In this document: positions 18,192-27,648 of the stretch, piece by piece
Numbering within the stretch: the first letter of the stretch is position 1
Layout: the number at the start of each line of letters is the position of its first letter
Origin: Pseudomonadota bacterium
GTDB lineage: Bacteria > Myxococcota_A > Polyangia > Fen-1088
Reading direction: 5' to 3'
Length of the DNA: 64,000 nucleotides
Assembly: GCA_031407985.1 (NCBI GenBank)
Contig: JANOJB010000060.1
Coordinates: 5,713 to 69,712, forward strand
Notes under the pieces: model-generated
What the model saw: the letters and a program-made list of their open reading frames with translations, nothing else
Database searches by the model: none
What the model was told of the DNA's origin: nothing
Position numbers and translations under genes: made by a program

Positions 18192-19409
18192 TCAGGCCTT
18201 GGCCAAGCCGAAGCCGTCGTGCAGCGAGCGCACGGCCAACTCGGCGTATTTCGCCTCGATCACGCACGAAATCTTGATCTCGGATGTCGAGATCAGATGA
18301 ACGTGGATGTTCTCATTGGCCAGGATCTCGAACATTTTCAGTGCAACGCCCGCGTGTGACCGCATACCGACGCCCACCACGGACACCTTGGATAGGTTCT
18401 CCTCGGTCTTGACCTGTTCGGGAGGACAGATGTCCGAGCACTGCTTGGTCAGGATGTCCTTGGCCCGCGCCAGATCGCTGGACGACAGGGTGAAGGTCAG
18501 ATTGGTCTTGCCGTTGAAGATGTGTGCCTGAACGATGACGTCGACCACGATCCCGGCCTCCGCCAACGGGCGCAAGACCTGGGCCTGAATGCCCGGTTTG
18601 TCGGGCACGCCGGACAAGGTGATCTTCGCCTCGTCCCGCGTCGCGGTTACTCCGGCGACCAGTACTGCTTCCATGGCTTTCTCCTCGGGCACGACCCAGG
18701 TTCCTGGGTTGTCGTTGAAGCTGGACCGAACGTGGATCGGAACGTTGTATTTCATTCCGAATTCGACCGATCGAATTTGCAACACCTTGGCGCCCAAGGA
18801 CGCCAGTTCCAGCATTTCCTCGTAGCTGATGCGATCGATCTTGCGCGCGTCGCGAACCACGTTTGGATCCGCGGTGTAGACACCATCGACATCGGTGTAA
18901 ATTTCGCACGAATCGGCTTTCAAGGCAGCGGCGACCGCGACGGCCGACGTATCGGAGCCACCACGACCCAAGGTGGTGATGTTGCCGTCCTTGTCGACGC
19001 CCTGGAACCCGGCGATGACCGCGATTCGCCCGGCCGCGAGGGCTTTCCGAACCGCCTGGACATCGATGTCCTGGATGCGGGCCCGTGCGAACGCGCTGTC
19101 GGTCAGGATACGCACCTGGTGCCCCAGCAGCGATTGTGCCTGCCCGCCTTCGGCTTGAATCGCCAGCGCCATCAGTCCCACCGTCACCTGCTCGCCGGTC
19201 GACGCGATGACGTCCAATTCGCGCTCGTCTGGAATCGCCGCGATCTGCTGCGCGAGGCCCAGCAGACGATTCGTTTCACCCGACATCGCCGACACCACGA
19301 CCACGACCTCGTGTCCCTGGCGTTGCGTCGCCAAAGCGCGACGGGCGACGTTTCGAATTCGTTCCACCGTTCCGACGGAGGTCCCGCCGTATTTCTGGAC
19401 AATCACCAA
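18192..19409 (-). CDS. lysC: Aspartate kinase
   Basis: [11 protein letters not shown] at the N-terminus, [14 protein letters not shown], and two ACT-like C-terminal domains. The start is probably TTG 19409 or GTG 19406 rather than the track TTG at 19472. Confidence 0.9.
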   Translation of the reverse strand: MVIVQKYGGTSVGTVERIRNVARRALATQRQGHEVVVVVSAMSGETNRLLGLAQQIAAIPDERELDVIASTGEQVTVGLMALAIQAEGGQAQSLLGHQVRILTDSAFARARIQDIDVQAVRKALAAGRIAVIAGFQGVDKDGNITTLGRGGSDTSAVAVAAALKADSCEIYTDVDGVYTADPNVVRDARKIDRISYEEMLELASLGAKVLQIRSVEFGMKYNVPIHVRSSFNDNPGTWVVPEEKAMEAVLVAGVTATRDEAKITLSGVPDKPGIQAQVLRPLAEAGIVVDVIVQAHIFNGKTNLTFTLSSSDLARAKDILTKQCSDICPPEQVKTEENLSKVSVVGVGMRSHAGVALKMFEILANENIHVHLISTSEIKISCVIEAKYAELAVRSLHDGFGLAKA

Positions 19410-19513
19410 GGCCGCGCGAATTTCCACCACGCCCCCCGCGCCGTCAAGTGCCTGATGAAATGAGAAGCGCAAAGGCGCGTCAGAAGCGAATGCGGTGTCT
19501 TAGACTCCCGCGA

Positions 19514-19831
19514 ATGGGACGAGCGCTGGAAATTCACATCACCGCGCCGGATCGCGCGCGGGCGGAGACCATCGCGCGTGCCCTGGTGGACGAGCGTTTG
19601 GCCGCGTGCGTGAACATCGTCGGCCCGGTTCGGTCGATCTACCGGTGGGAGGGCCGCATCCAGGAGGACGACGAGGTGCTTTGCCTGGTCAAGACGCGGC
19701 CCGAACTCTTTGCCGCGCTCTGCGAGCGGGTTCGTGAGTTGCACCCGTACCAGGTCCCGGAAATCTTGGCGTTCGAGGTCGCCGACGGTAGCGCCGCGTA
19801 CCTCGACTGGCTGACGGCTGCCACGACCTAA
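19514..19831 (+). CDS. cutA: Divalent-cation tolerance protein CutA
   Basis: LAACVNIVGPVRSIYRWEGRIQEDDEVLCLVKT...YQVPEI is typical of CutA. ATG at 19514. Confidence 0.85.
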   Translation: MGRALEIHITAPDRARAETIARALVDERLAACVNIVGPVRSIYRWEGRIQEDDEVLCLVKTRPELFAALCERVRELHPYQVPEILAFEVADGSAAYLDWLTAATT

Positions 19832-19855
19832 AATCAGGCCGGACGGCCGGCGTCC

Positions 19856-22570
19856 TCAGCCCGGGCGGCCGGCGCGAATCGCGGCGATGGCTTCGCGCGC
19901 GGCGGCCGAAACCGAGTCCTCGGAGTCCTCCCGGGCGGCGCTTTCCAGCGCGGGCAAGACGTCGATGCGACCGATCTTGGCCAGGGCCCGGGCGGCCTGG
20001 GCGCGCACGGGAACGTATTCGTCGTGGCGCAGCCGTTCGATCAGCGCCGCTATAGCCTTCGGATCGCCGATGTCTCCCAACGCGTCGACCATCTCGCGAC
20101 GGTTCTGCACCTCGGGCAGATGTTTCAGCAGGGATGGAACGGCGCGGCGATCCTTCAGCTTGCCCAGTTGGATGATGACCAGACGGCAGAACAGGACATC
20201 GTCCTGACAGTCGTCAAGGGATTCAGCCAGCGTGGGAACGCCCGCCGGATCGCCGCGCGCCGCCAGCGCAAGTGCCCCTCGGATGCGTAGCATGCGGGGA
20301 AGTTTTTGATCGCCCAGCAGCCGGGCCACGGGCCCGACGGCGCGCGCGTCGCCACCGCGAACTGCCCCCACCGCGGCCCAGTTTGCGACCAGGGGATCGC
20401 GATCATTCACGGCGATTGACAGCTGCGCCGCTGTTTCCTTGCGCGGCGGCAAGGTCACCAGAAGCTGCACCGCCTCGCGACGAACGGCGATGGACTCGTC
20501 GGTGGACAACATCAACGCGGCCAGGGCCGGCCCGGCCAACAGATCGCCCAGCCGTCCGCGCTCGATGGCCTTCGGAACCTGTTCACCGTTCGGGTTCGAC
20601 GCCCCCCGCGCCAGCACGGGCTCGAAGCGGGTGTGGCCGTCCAGCCACCGATCCAACATCCCGCGTAGCGCCGCCGCGCGCTCCGGGCGTTCGTCCGCCA
20701 GGTTGATCCGCTCGCCGGGATCGGCTGCCAGGTCGTGGTAGGCGCAGTATCCCCAGTTCAGATCGCAGATCAGCTTTTCCTGTCCCGCGACGATCATCCG
20801 TTTGTCCTCGACCTCGGCAAACGCCGGCGGCAACCGCATCTCGTCCGCCGGCGGGGTGGCCAACCAGGGACCCAGATTCGTACCGCGCATCCGCGCCGGC
20901 ACGGGGATGTTCAGCAGACCCAGGATCGTCGGCGCGATATCGATCAATTCCACCGGCCGGCTGATAACGCGCGCGTTGACACCCGGAACGCTCACTATCA
21001 GAGGAACGCGAATCTGCTCGTCGAACAACGACGATCCGTGATAACGCCCGCCGTGTTCGTCGAATTCCTCGCCGTGATCGGCGGCCAAAATCACGATGGC
21101 CCCCGGCCGCTGGTCGCGCACGAAGGCCAGCAATCTGCCGACGGCGGCGTCGACGTACGCTATCTCGCTGTCGTAGCGATCCATGTCACCGCTACCGAAC
21201 GGAAATGCGGCGTGCGCGACATAGGGCTCGTGGGGTTCGAAAAAATGGACCCAGACGAACGATCGTTTGGGTTTCTCGTTCTGGTAGTAGGCGATCACCT
21301 GATCGACCCGCTTCTGCGCGTCGAGATACTCGAATTTGACGTACTCGAACGAAAAATTGCTGTCGGCGTAGGCCTTCAGTTTTTGCGCGTCGACGAAAAA
21401 AATGGCCGGGGGATAGAACCCGGCGTTGTGCCAGCCATGCTGCCGCAGTACGGACGTGATGGGATCGTGAACCTCCGCCGGGGCCAGACGCGCCAGAGTG
21501 GGGAAGTATTTGCCCGTCAACATCGACGCCACGGAAAAGGACGTGTGCGGTGCCTGCGCGTACGCACGAACGAAACGCGTTCCTGTGGCGGCCAGCCTAT
21601 CGATGTGAGGTGTGGTTGGACGTCGGGTGTAGCCGTAGGCACCGACGTGATCCGCGCGCAGCGCGTCCACGGTGATCACGATGACATCAGCATCCGGGCG
21701 TTCGGGCCCCTCTGGCAATGGTGGCAAATCACCGGCTCCCTCCAGACCCTCGACCGCGATGGGCGCCCGCGACCGCAGCGACACCGGAGACAGGCGAAAC
21801 AACTGGGCCGTGACGGTGGTGCGTTCCAGCGCCGCGAAGCGGATGCTCTGGCTGCGGCGCGCCTCGACCGCCGAAAAAGCAGCGAGAACACCCACAGCAG
21901 CGATGAGCCCAACCAGACGGCCGGGCGAGAACATGCGTGAGACGCCCTGCCCCGCCAGCCACAACCGGACGGCCAGCAAGACGGACATACCCGTCAGCAC
22001 CGCCAGCGATGCATGAAACCAGGGGTACAGGCGCCGCAACACCAGCTGGTTGCAGATTTCGGTGGCGATGGCGGCCGCACCCAGACCCACGATCATCAGG
22101 ACAACCCGCACGGACCGCTTCGACGGGATTCCTGTTGCCTCGGCAAGAAGCAGCCGAAAGTTCCACGCCATACCAAACGCCGCCGCCGTACCCAGAAACG
22201 CGACGGCGCCGATCAGCGGCGCCCGTCCCGACATTTCGGCCGCGCGCCTACCGCTGAACGCAGCGAAGGCAACAAACATGGCGAACGGCGCGACCGCCAG
22301 CGCGGCCAGGCCCGCCTCCGCGAGATGGCGCCGGCGACCGCTGCGCGCAGCCACAATTCCACCGAGCGCGATCAGAAGGCCGACCACCCCACCCGCCAGG
22401 GTCAGCCAGCTGGCTCCAAGGAGAATCAGTTTACCAGCCTTCAGGGCATCCAATCCCCCGACCCCGCGGGTCACGGCCCACAGGGTGTCGCCCACGCCAA
22501 CGATTGCACCGGCGCCCAGGCCCGCCCGCAACCACGGCGCCGCGGCAGGTCCCTGCTCCCCCGACGCCAC
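19856..22570 (-). CDS. Polytopic membrane protein with sulfatase-like (alkaline phosphatase superfamily) domain and C-terminal HEAT repeats
   Basis: About 7 N-terminal TM helices. Sulfatase-like block VIVITVDALRADHVGAYGY..PHIDRL..APHTSFSVASMLTGKY and AADHGEEF. The C-terminal 250 aa has HEAT/PBS-lyase-like repeats (VRAQAARALAKIG). The GTG start overlaps the recG stop (TAGTG). Confidence 0.85.
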   Translation of the reverse strand: MASGEQGPAAAPWLRAGLGAGAIVGVGDTLWAVTRGVGGLDALKAGKLILLGASWLTLAGGVVGLLIALGGIVAARSGRRRHLAEAGLAALAVAPFAMFVAFAAFSGRRAAEMSGRAPLIGAVAFLGTAAAFGMAWNFRLLLAEATGIPSKRSVRVVLMIVGLGAAAIATEICNQLVLRRLYPWFHASLAVLTGMSVLLAVRLWLAGQGVSRMFSPGRLVGLIAAVGVLAAFSAVEARRSQSIRFAALERTTVTAQLFRLSPVSLRSRAPIAVEGLEGAGDLPPLPEGPERPDADVIVITVDALRADHVGAYGYTRRPTTPHIDRLAATGTRFVRAYAQAPHTSFSVASMLTGKYFPTLARLAPAEVHDPITSVLRQHGWHNAGFYPPAIFFVDAQKLKAYADSNFSFEYVKFEYLDAQKRVDQVIAYYQNEKPKRSFVWVHFFEPHEPYVAHAAFPFGSGDMDRYDSEIAYVDAAVGRLLAFVRDQRPGAIVILAADHGEEFDEHGGRYHGSSLFDEQIRVPLIVSVPGVNARVISRPVELIDIAPTILGLLNIPVPARMRGTNLGPWLATPPADEMRLPPAFAEVEDKRMIVAGQEKLICDLNWGYCAYHDLAADPGERINLADERPERAAALRGMLDRWLDGHTRFEPVLARGASNPNGEQVPKAIERGRLGDLLAGPALAALMLSTDESIAVRREAVQLLVTLPPRKETAAQLSIAVNDRDPLVANWAAVGAVRGGDARAVGPVARLLGDQKLPRMLRIRGALALAARGDPAGVPTLAESLDDCQDDVLFCRLVIIQLGKLKDRRAVPSLLKHLPEVQNRREMVDALGDIGDPKAIAALIERLRHDEYVPVRAQAARALAKIGRIDVLPALESAAREDSEDSVSAAAREAIAAIRAGRPG

Positions 22571-24960
22571 TACCCCGCCTCCTCGCCGAAGACCTCGGCC
22601 GCCGCCCAGCGTGCATCCACGGCCGATCGCAGGGGCTGGTGTTCGGCCCGGTCCAACGCAGGATCGTCGTCGAGAATTCTGGTGGCCTCGACCCGGGCTA
22701 GTTCCAGCAGGCGACCCATGCCGGCCAAATCCGCGAACCGCAAGCGGGGCATGCCCGCCTGCCTGACGCCGAACAGATCGCCGCAGCCCCGCAATTCCAG
22801 ATCAGCCTCGGCGATCTTGAATCCGTCGTTGGTCGACGCAAGTACCGATAGGCGCCTGGCCGCATCCCCGGACGAGGGGCCCGTGGGTTCACCCGTCATC
22901 AGCAGACAGTCGGCCGCGTCGCCACCGCGCCCGACGCGACCCCGCAACTGGTGCAGTTGCGCAAGCCCGAAGCGATCGGCCTCCTCGACCACCATCAGCG
23001 ATGCCTCGGGCACGTCGATTCCAACTTCAATCACGGTCGTCGCCACCAACACGTCCAGGCGCCCCGCCGCGAACGCGCGGAGGCTGGCATCCTTGGTGCG
23101 CGCGTCCATCTGGCCGTGTACCAGTCCCACGCGCGCGGGCGCCAGTGTCTTTTCCAGTTCACGATGGCGGTCGACGGCTGTCACCCCACCCTCGCGCGCC
23201 GAAATCTCGCGCACGGGACAAACCACGAACACGCGCCGACCCAAAGCGACCGCCGCGCGCATGGTGGTTTCCGCAGTGGCCCGGCCACCGTCCCCGACCA
23301 CGATCCGCGTGGCGACCGGCTTTCGACCGGGGGGCAGCTCGTCCAGAATGCTCAGATCCAAATCCCCATACAGCGTGAACGCCAGCGTGCGCGGAATCGG
23401 TGTCGCGGTCATGACCAGCAGGTGGGGCACCGTCCCTGTGTCGGCCTCGTCCCGCTGGCGTAACCGCGCGCGCTGGGCGACGCCGAAGCGGTGCTGTTCA
23501 TCGACGATCGCCAGCCTCAGCTGGGGCAACGCCAACCGATCCGCCAGCAACGCTTGCGTACCTATGATGATCGCGATCTGCCCCGCCCGGGCCAGCGCCA
23601 GCAACGATTCGCGCTGGGGCCGCGGTGTCGATGCCGTCAACAGCGCCACCCGCAAGCCCAGACGGGTCGCCAGCGGTTGCAGGGTACGCAGGTGCTGCTC
23701 GGCCAGGATCTCGGTTGGCACCATCAACAAGGTTTGGCCGCCCGACAGCGCCGCCTGGGCGGCCGCGGCAAACGCCACGGCGGTCTTGCCGCTACCCACG
23801 TCGCCGACCAGCAGGCGCTGCATCGGTCGTGCACCGACCATGTCTCCTTGAATCTCGGCAATGGACCGCAGCTGCGCGCCGGTCAACGCGAACGGCAGGG
23901 CCTCCCGGACCCGCGCCAGTACGTCGGCCTCGGACGCCTCGCAGGGGCGACCAGGCTGCGACCGCGCCGCCCACAGCCGTCGCGCCAAGCCGACCTGAAT
24001 GATCAACAGATCCTCGACCGCCAGCCGCCGGTGGGCATCCGATCGGCCGGCCACCAACGCATCCAGCAGGGCGGGAGTCGCGTCGGGTTCGGGACGATGA
24101 ATCAGCCGCAGGGCCTCGCCTATCGAGGGCAAGTCCAGGCGGGCGCGGGTGGCCCGCGGGAGCACGTCGGGAACCGCCGGCGCGTGACGATCCACCGCCG
24201 CCCCTATGATCCGTTCCAGAACCCGACCAGCGACGCCAGGTACCGCGGGGTACCGCGGCCTAATCCCCAGGCCAAGGCCGCCCGCGTCGCCCAGGCCCGC
24301 CGCCCCGAACGCCGCGGTCAAATTGGTCGGATGCAAAAGCTCCGGTTGTCCCCCGGCCGCAAGGCGCAATGGCCCGGCCAGCACCACCTCCTTGCCCTTT
24401 TCGAATGCCCGGGCCATCCCGCCAGGCACCCGGAACCAGCGGGCCGTTAGGCGCGCCGGCGCCGGCGGCTGACCTTGAGTCTGAACCTGCGCCGGCGCCT
24501 GATCGACGTCGCGCAGATGCACGGCCAGAAACCGGCCCGGAAACACGTTGATGCGTTCGACGATGCCGCGGACCAACACTACGGCGCCGTCGGGCTTCAT
24601 CGGCAGTTCGCCAAGCGGCGTCACCGTGCGCAGATCGTCATAGCCGCGCGGAACGTAACCCAGGATGTCGCCCACGGTGGCGAGACCGTGCTCAACCAGC
24701 CGCGCCGTCGTCGCGGGCCCAGCCCCCGGCAGAACCGACACGGGCAACGCGATACCATCAACCTGGGCCGTGGCGGTGGCTGGCACGGCTGACGGCGGGG
24801 CCGGGGCCCTCGACGAGGCGGCCGCCACCATTGCTCCAGACAAGGCCGAATCTACCTTTCGCCCGCGCGGTCGCGGAACGACCCCCGATTGCGCGCCCGG
24901 CAGCGCCCCGGGACGCTCCTTACGGAGGTTCTCACCGGGCAGCGGACTCATCGGAATCAC
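22570..24960 (-). CDS. recG: ATP-dependent DNA helicase RecG
   Basis: Helicase motifs GDVGSGKT, DEQHRFG, TATPIPRT and QLHQLRGRVGRG, preceded by a wedge domain. The true start may be internal (for example ATG at 24831). Confidence 0.92.
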   Translation of the reverse strand: MIPMSPLPGENLRKERPGALPGAQSGVVPRPRGRKVDSALSGAMVAAASSRAPAPPSAVPATATAQVDGIALPVSVLPGAGPATTARLVEHGLATVGDILGYVPRGYDDLRTVTPLGELPMKPDGAVVLVRGIVERINVFPGRFLAVHLRDVDQAPAQVQTQGQPPAPARLTARWFRVPGGMARAFEKGKEVVLAGPLRLAAGGQPELLHPTNLTAAFGAAGLGDAGGLGLGIRPRYPAVPGVAGRVLERIIGAAVDRHAPAVPDVLPRATRARLDLPSIGEALRLIHRPEPDATPALLDALVAGRSDAHRRLAVEDLLIIQVGLARRLWAARSQPGRPCEASEADVLARVREALPFALTGAQLRSIAEIQGDMVGARPMQRLLVGDVGSGKTAVAFAAAAQAALSGGQTLLMVPTEILAEQHLRTLQPLATRLGLRVALLTASTPRPQRESLLALARAGQIAIIIGTQALLADRLALPQLRLAIVDEQHRFGVAQRARLRQRDEADTGTVPHLLVMTATPIPRTLAFTLYGDLDLSILDELPPGRKPVATRIVVGDGGRATAETTMRAAVALGRRVFVVCPVREISAREGGVTAVDRHRELEKTLAPARVGLVHGQMDARTKDASLRAFAAGRLDVLVATTVIEVGIDVPEASLMVVEEADRFGLAQLHQLRGRVGRGGDAADCLLMTGEPTGPSSGDAARRLSVLASTNDGFKIAEADLELRGCGDLFGVRQAGMPRLRFADLAGMGRLLELARVEATRILDDDPALDRAEHQPLRSAVDARWAAAEVFGEEAG

Positions 24961-25580
24961 CGCTTGTACGTGAACTTCAGCTCGTACTCGCAGATGTGAA
25001 ACACATCGCCTTCATCTATCCGTTTATTGTCGATGCGCATCCCATTGAAATCAATGCCATTTGTAGACCCAAGATCTTTAATAAAGAACGTCCCGTTGCG
25101 GCGAATCACCGCCGCGTGTTTTCGCGAGATGTTCCCATCCTTGATCGGCAGGTCGGACGATTTCGTGCCGCGACCGATAATGAACTGTTCCTTGTCGATG
25201 CGGTATTTCTGGTTGTCGAACGTCAAGTACAACGTCGCGCCACCGGAAGCGCCGTCCGGCGCGGGCGGAGGTCCCCCGGCGCCCGTTCCGATTCCAGGCC
25301 GAGGCGCGTGCGATGTCGGACGGCCAGGACGCGCCGGCGCGGGTGGAATGAACGGCTGCGGCCGCGCTCCTCGGAGCGGCGAAGGTGTCGGCGCCGGCGT
25401 CTGCGCGTGAACAGCGGTTTCGTATCCCGCGATCTGGGCATACCCCGTCATCGCGTCGTTGATCAGGTCTTCCAGACTTTTTTCCTGCTCCTCGGCCATC
25501 TGTTCGAACGTTTGCCACAGGCGGTCCCGGCAGCGAATCTCGCGCATGCTGCTGCGATTTCGGTCATCGATGGACATCAT
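24957..25580 (-). CDS. RHH-like N-terminal domain fused to FHA domain
   Basis: The C-terminal FHA signature is IIGRGTKSSDLPI..ISRKHAAV..STNGIDFNG. The N-terminal MREIRCRDRLWQTFEQMAEEQEKSLEDLINDAMTGY has a strand-helix-helix pattern. A Pro-rich linker joins them. There are 4-nt overlaps with both neighbours. Confidence 0.8.
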   Translation of the reverse strand: MMSIDDRNRSSMREIRCRDRLWQTFEQMAEEQEKSLEDLINDAMTGYAQIAGYETAVHAQTPAPTPSPLRGARPQPFIPPAPARPGRPTSHAPRPGIGTGAGGPPPAPDGASGGATLYLTFDNQKYRIDKEQFIIGRGTKSSDLPIKDGNISRKHAAVIRRNGTFFIKDLGSTNGIDFNGMRIDNKRIDEGDVFHICEYELKFTYKR

Positions 25581-26896
25581 CCCTTGCTCCGAATCACACC
25601 CGCGACGCGAGTGGCTTCCTTGCCGATGGTCTCACCCGACGGGAAACCCTTGATGACGGTCGTGTCCTTGGCAATCTTATCCAGCGCCGGTGCGTCGGCA
25701 GCCTTGCCCACGCTCTCCAGGGACAGGACCGCTGTCATGCGCGCCAGGGGATATTTCGATTCCAATGCCTTCACAAGGACTGGCCTCGCCGGTTGGCCCA
25801 ACTTCTCGATGAGTTTGACCAACAGATCCTCGACGTCCACTTTCTTGCTGGGAGCGCTGGCGGGAAACGCCTCCAGGCCGGGCACAACGCCGTCATGTTT
25901 GGCCACCGCCAGGAGGGATTCGAACGCGCGGTAGCGGACCAGCTCCTCCTTGTCGGTTTGGATGATGCGAATCAAACCATCGCGGGCCTCCAGACCACCG
26001 ATGCTCTCGACGACGCCGAACATTTCATCGCGGATGGTGCGATCACCCTTGGAATCGGCGGCGATTTTCATCGCAAACGGCAGTACCGATGGGTCGCGGC
26101 GCTGCTGGAGCGCGCGCACTGCTGCCGAGGCCTCGTCGCGGTTTCCGGCCAAGACGCGCTCTTCCAGGAACTTCACGGCGTCGGGGCCACCCAGAAGGCC
26201 TATCGCCTTCCACATCGGTTCGGAGACCGGCTTGTCGCGCCGCGCGCGCGCCACCAGATTCTGCGCGCCCTTGCTACGCGTCGGCTCATCGCCGATCTTG
26301 GCCAGCAGTTCAGCGACCGCCGGGTATCCGATGATCGGCTCGCCCAGCAGGCCCGCCAACATGCCGCCCGCGGAAACCCCGACTGCGGTCAGGATCTTTT
26401 CGACGGAATGCCTTCCATTGCGCACCTTGCCGCCACGAAGGTCCTGCTCGATTCCCGGCACCAGGGCGGCGTCGATTCGGGCCTGATCCTCGGCCTGTCC
26501 CCATGCGCGCAGGGAGAACAGCGCATCCCGAAAACCCAGGTATTTCTCGGGCGCCGAGTCCTTGTTCGCGGCCATGTTGGTCATGTACAAGGGCAGCAAG
26601 GTCTTGAATACCTCCCAACGTTCGTTGGCGGGCATGGACGCCAGCGCGGCATCAACCTGATCGGCCTTGCCGATCTCCAACAAAGCGACGGCCGCCTCGG
26701 CGCGCAGCTTGGGCTCGGTCGCGCGGTCAGACAGCGCGTCGGCCAGTTTTCCCGGTCCTTTCTCGGTCGACTTCCACAACTGGATGTTGTCGGAGGTCGG
26801 CTTGCTACAGGCGAGTTGCGGCAAGATCGCCGCGATCGTGATCAACCAACCCGCGAAACAAACTCGACAAAAGGGCGGGAGCGGTCGAAATATCAT
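25577..26896 (-). CDS. HEAT-repeat lipoprotein
   Basis: Start trimmed to ATG 26896, giving MIFRPLPPFCRVCFAGWLITIAAILPQLAC (lipobox). Helical HEAT-like repeats run throughout. The track extension to 27685 overlaps a better-supported plus-strand gene. Confidence 0.75.
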   Translation of the reverse strand: MIFRPLPPFCRVCFAGWLITIAAILPQLACSKPTSDNIQLWKSTEKGPGKLADALSDRATEPKLRAEAAVALLEIGKADQVDAALASMPANERWEVFKTLLPLYMTNMAANKDSAPEKYLGFRDALFSLRAWGQAEDQARIDAALVPGIEQDLRGGKVRNGRHSVEKILTAVGVSAGGMLAGLLGEPIIGYPAVAELLAKIGDEPTRSKGAQNLVARARRDKPVSEPMWKAIGLLGGPDAVKFLEERVLAGNRDEASAAVRALQQRRDPSVLPFAMKIAADSKGDRTIRDEMFGVVESIGGLEARDGLIRIIQTDKEELVRYRAFESLLAVAKHDGVVPGLEAFPASAPSKKVDVEDLLVKLIEKLGQPARPVLVKALESKYPLARMTAVLSLESVGKAADAPALDKIAKDTTVIKGFPSGETIGKEATRVAGVIRSKG

Positions 26897-27031
26897 TGGG
26901 TCCCGGGATGTTAGCCACGCTCGGATCGGAGCGTCAAGGCTGACGGGGCTTTCGGGGCCTTTCGGATCGCTTACCTGATCTTGGTTGGCAACCTGTCGAC
27001 CCACGAGCCCGACCTGAAGTAGCCTAGCCGC

Positions 27032-27565
27032 ATGTACCCGAAACCCGCGGTATGGACCGCTATCGTTGTGGCCGTGGTCCTGAGCATCGTGATCGTCCAA
27101 GGCTGCTGGTGGTCGCATGGCGGTTGCAACAACGGAAGCTGCGAATGTCCCTCTGGTGACAGCTGCGATCTCGGATGTTCCGCGCCACCGTGTCACGCCA
27201 AATGCAACGGGGACAATCCATCCTGCAACGCCGTCTGCGCGAACGGAACCTGCACCTGCGGAAGCGGCAGTCAATGCAGTTTTCAGTGCAAAGCGCCTCC
27301 CTGCCACGTGACTTGCGCCGCCAACACCACGTGCAGCGGCACGTGCGCCAACGGACAGTGTGTCTGCGGCGCCGGCAGCACGTGCACGTTCACTTGTTCG
27401 GCGTCCCCCTGCCACTCGACCTGCGCGGCCGGCGCCGCCTGCGTGGTTTTGTGCCCGGCTGGGTTGGCGGGAACCCAGGGCTGCGACATCGTGGCGTGCG
27501 CGGCCGGCGCTCCGGTGATCTGTCCCGGTGGAGGCGCGACCACCTGTGGCGCGCCCTGTCCCTAG
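27032..27565 (+). CDS. Membrane-anchored Cys/His-rich repeat protein
   Basis: TM or signal anchor (VWTAIVVAVVLSIVIV). Three ~36-aa repeats follow, each CxCx4Cx3Cx4CHx2Cx5-6Cx3C-ANG. There are about 31 Cys in the ~150-aa ectodomain. Confidence 0.7.
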   Translation: MYPKPAVWTAIVVAVVLSIVIVQGCWWSHGGCNNGSCECPSGDSCDLGCSAPPCHAKCNGDNPSCNAVCANGTCTCGSGSQCSFQCKAPPCHVTCAANTTCSGTCANGQCVCGAGSTCTFTCSASPCHSTCAAGAACVVLCPAGLAGTQGCDIVACAAGAPVICPGGGATTCGAPCP

Positions 27566-27648
27566 ACAGCGAAAACCAACCGGTCTTGGGCTGCCGGGAT
27601 GCCTTTCGTTGCCGGGGGCATACCGTTCGGATAACGTCGCCGCCACCC

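Noticed and set aside
22013-23851. 612-aa plus-strand ORF, with overlapping ORFs 22050..22766 and 23491..24450
   Set aside because: It is antisense to recG and to the sulfatase-like gene, both of which have unmistakable motifs. The product is Arg/Pro/Ser/Ala-rich low complexity, typical of GC-shadow ORFs.
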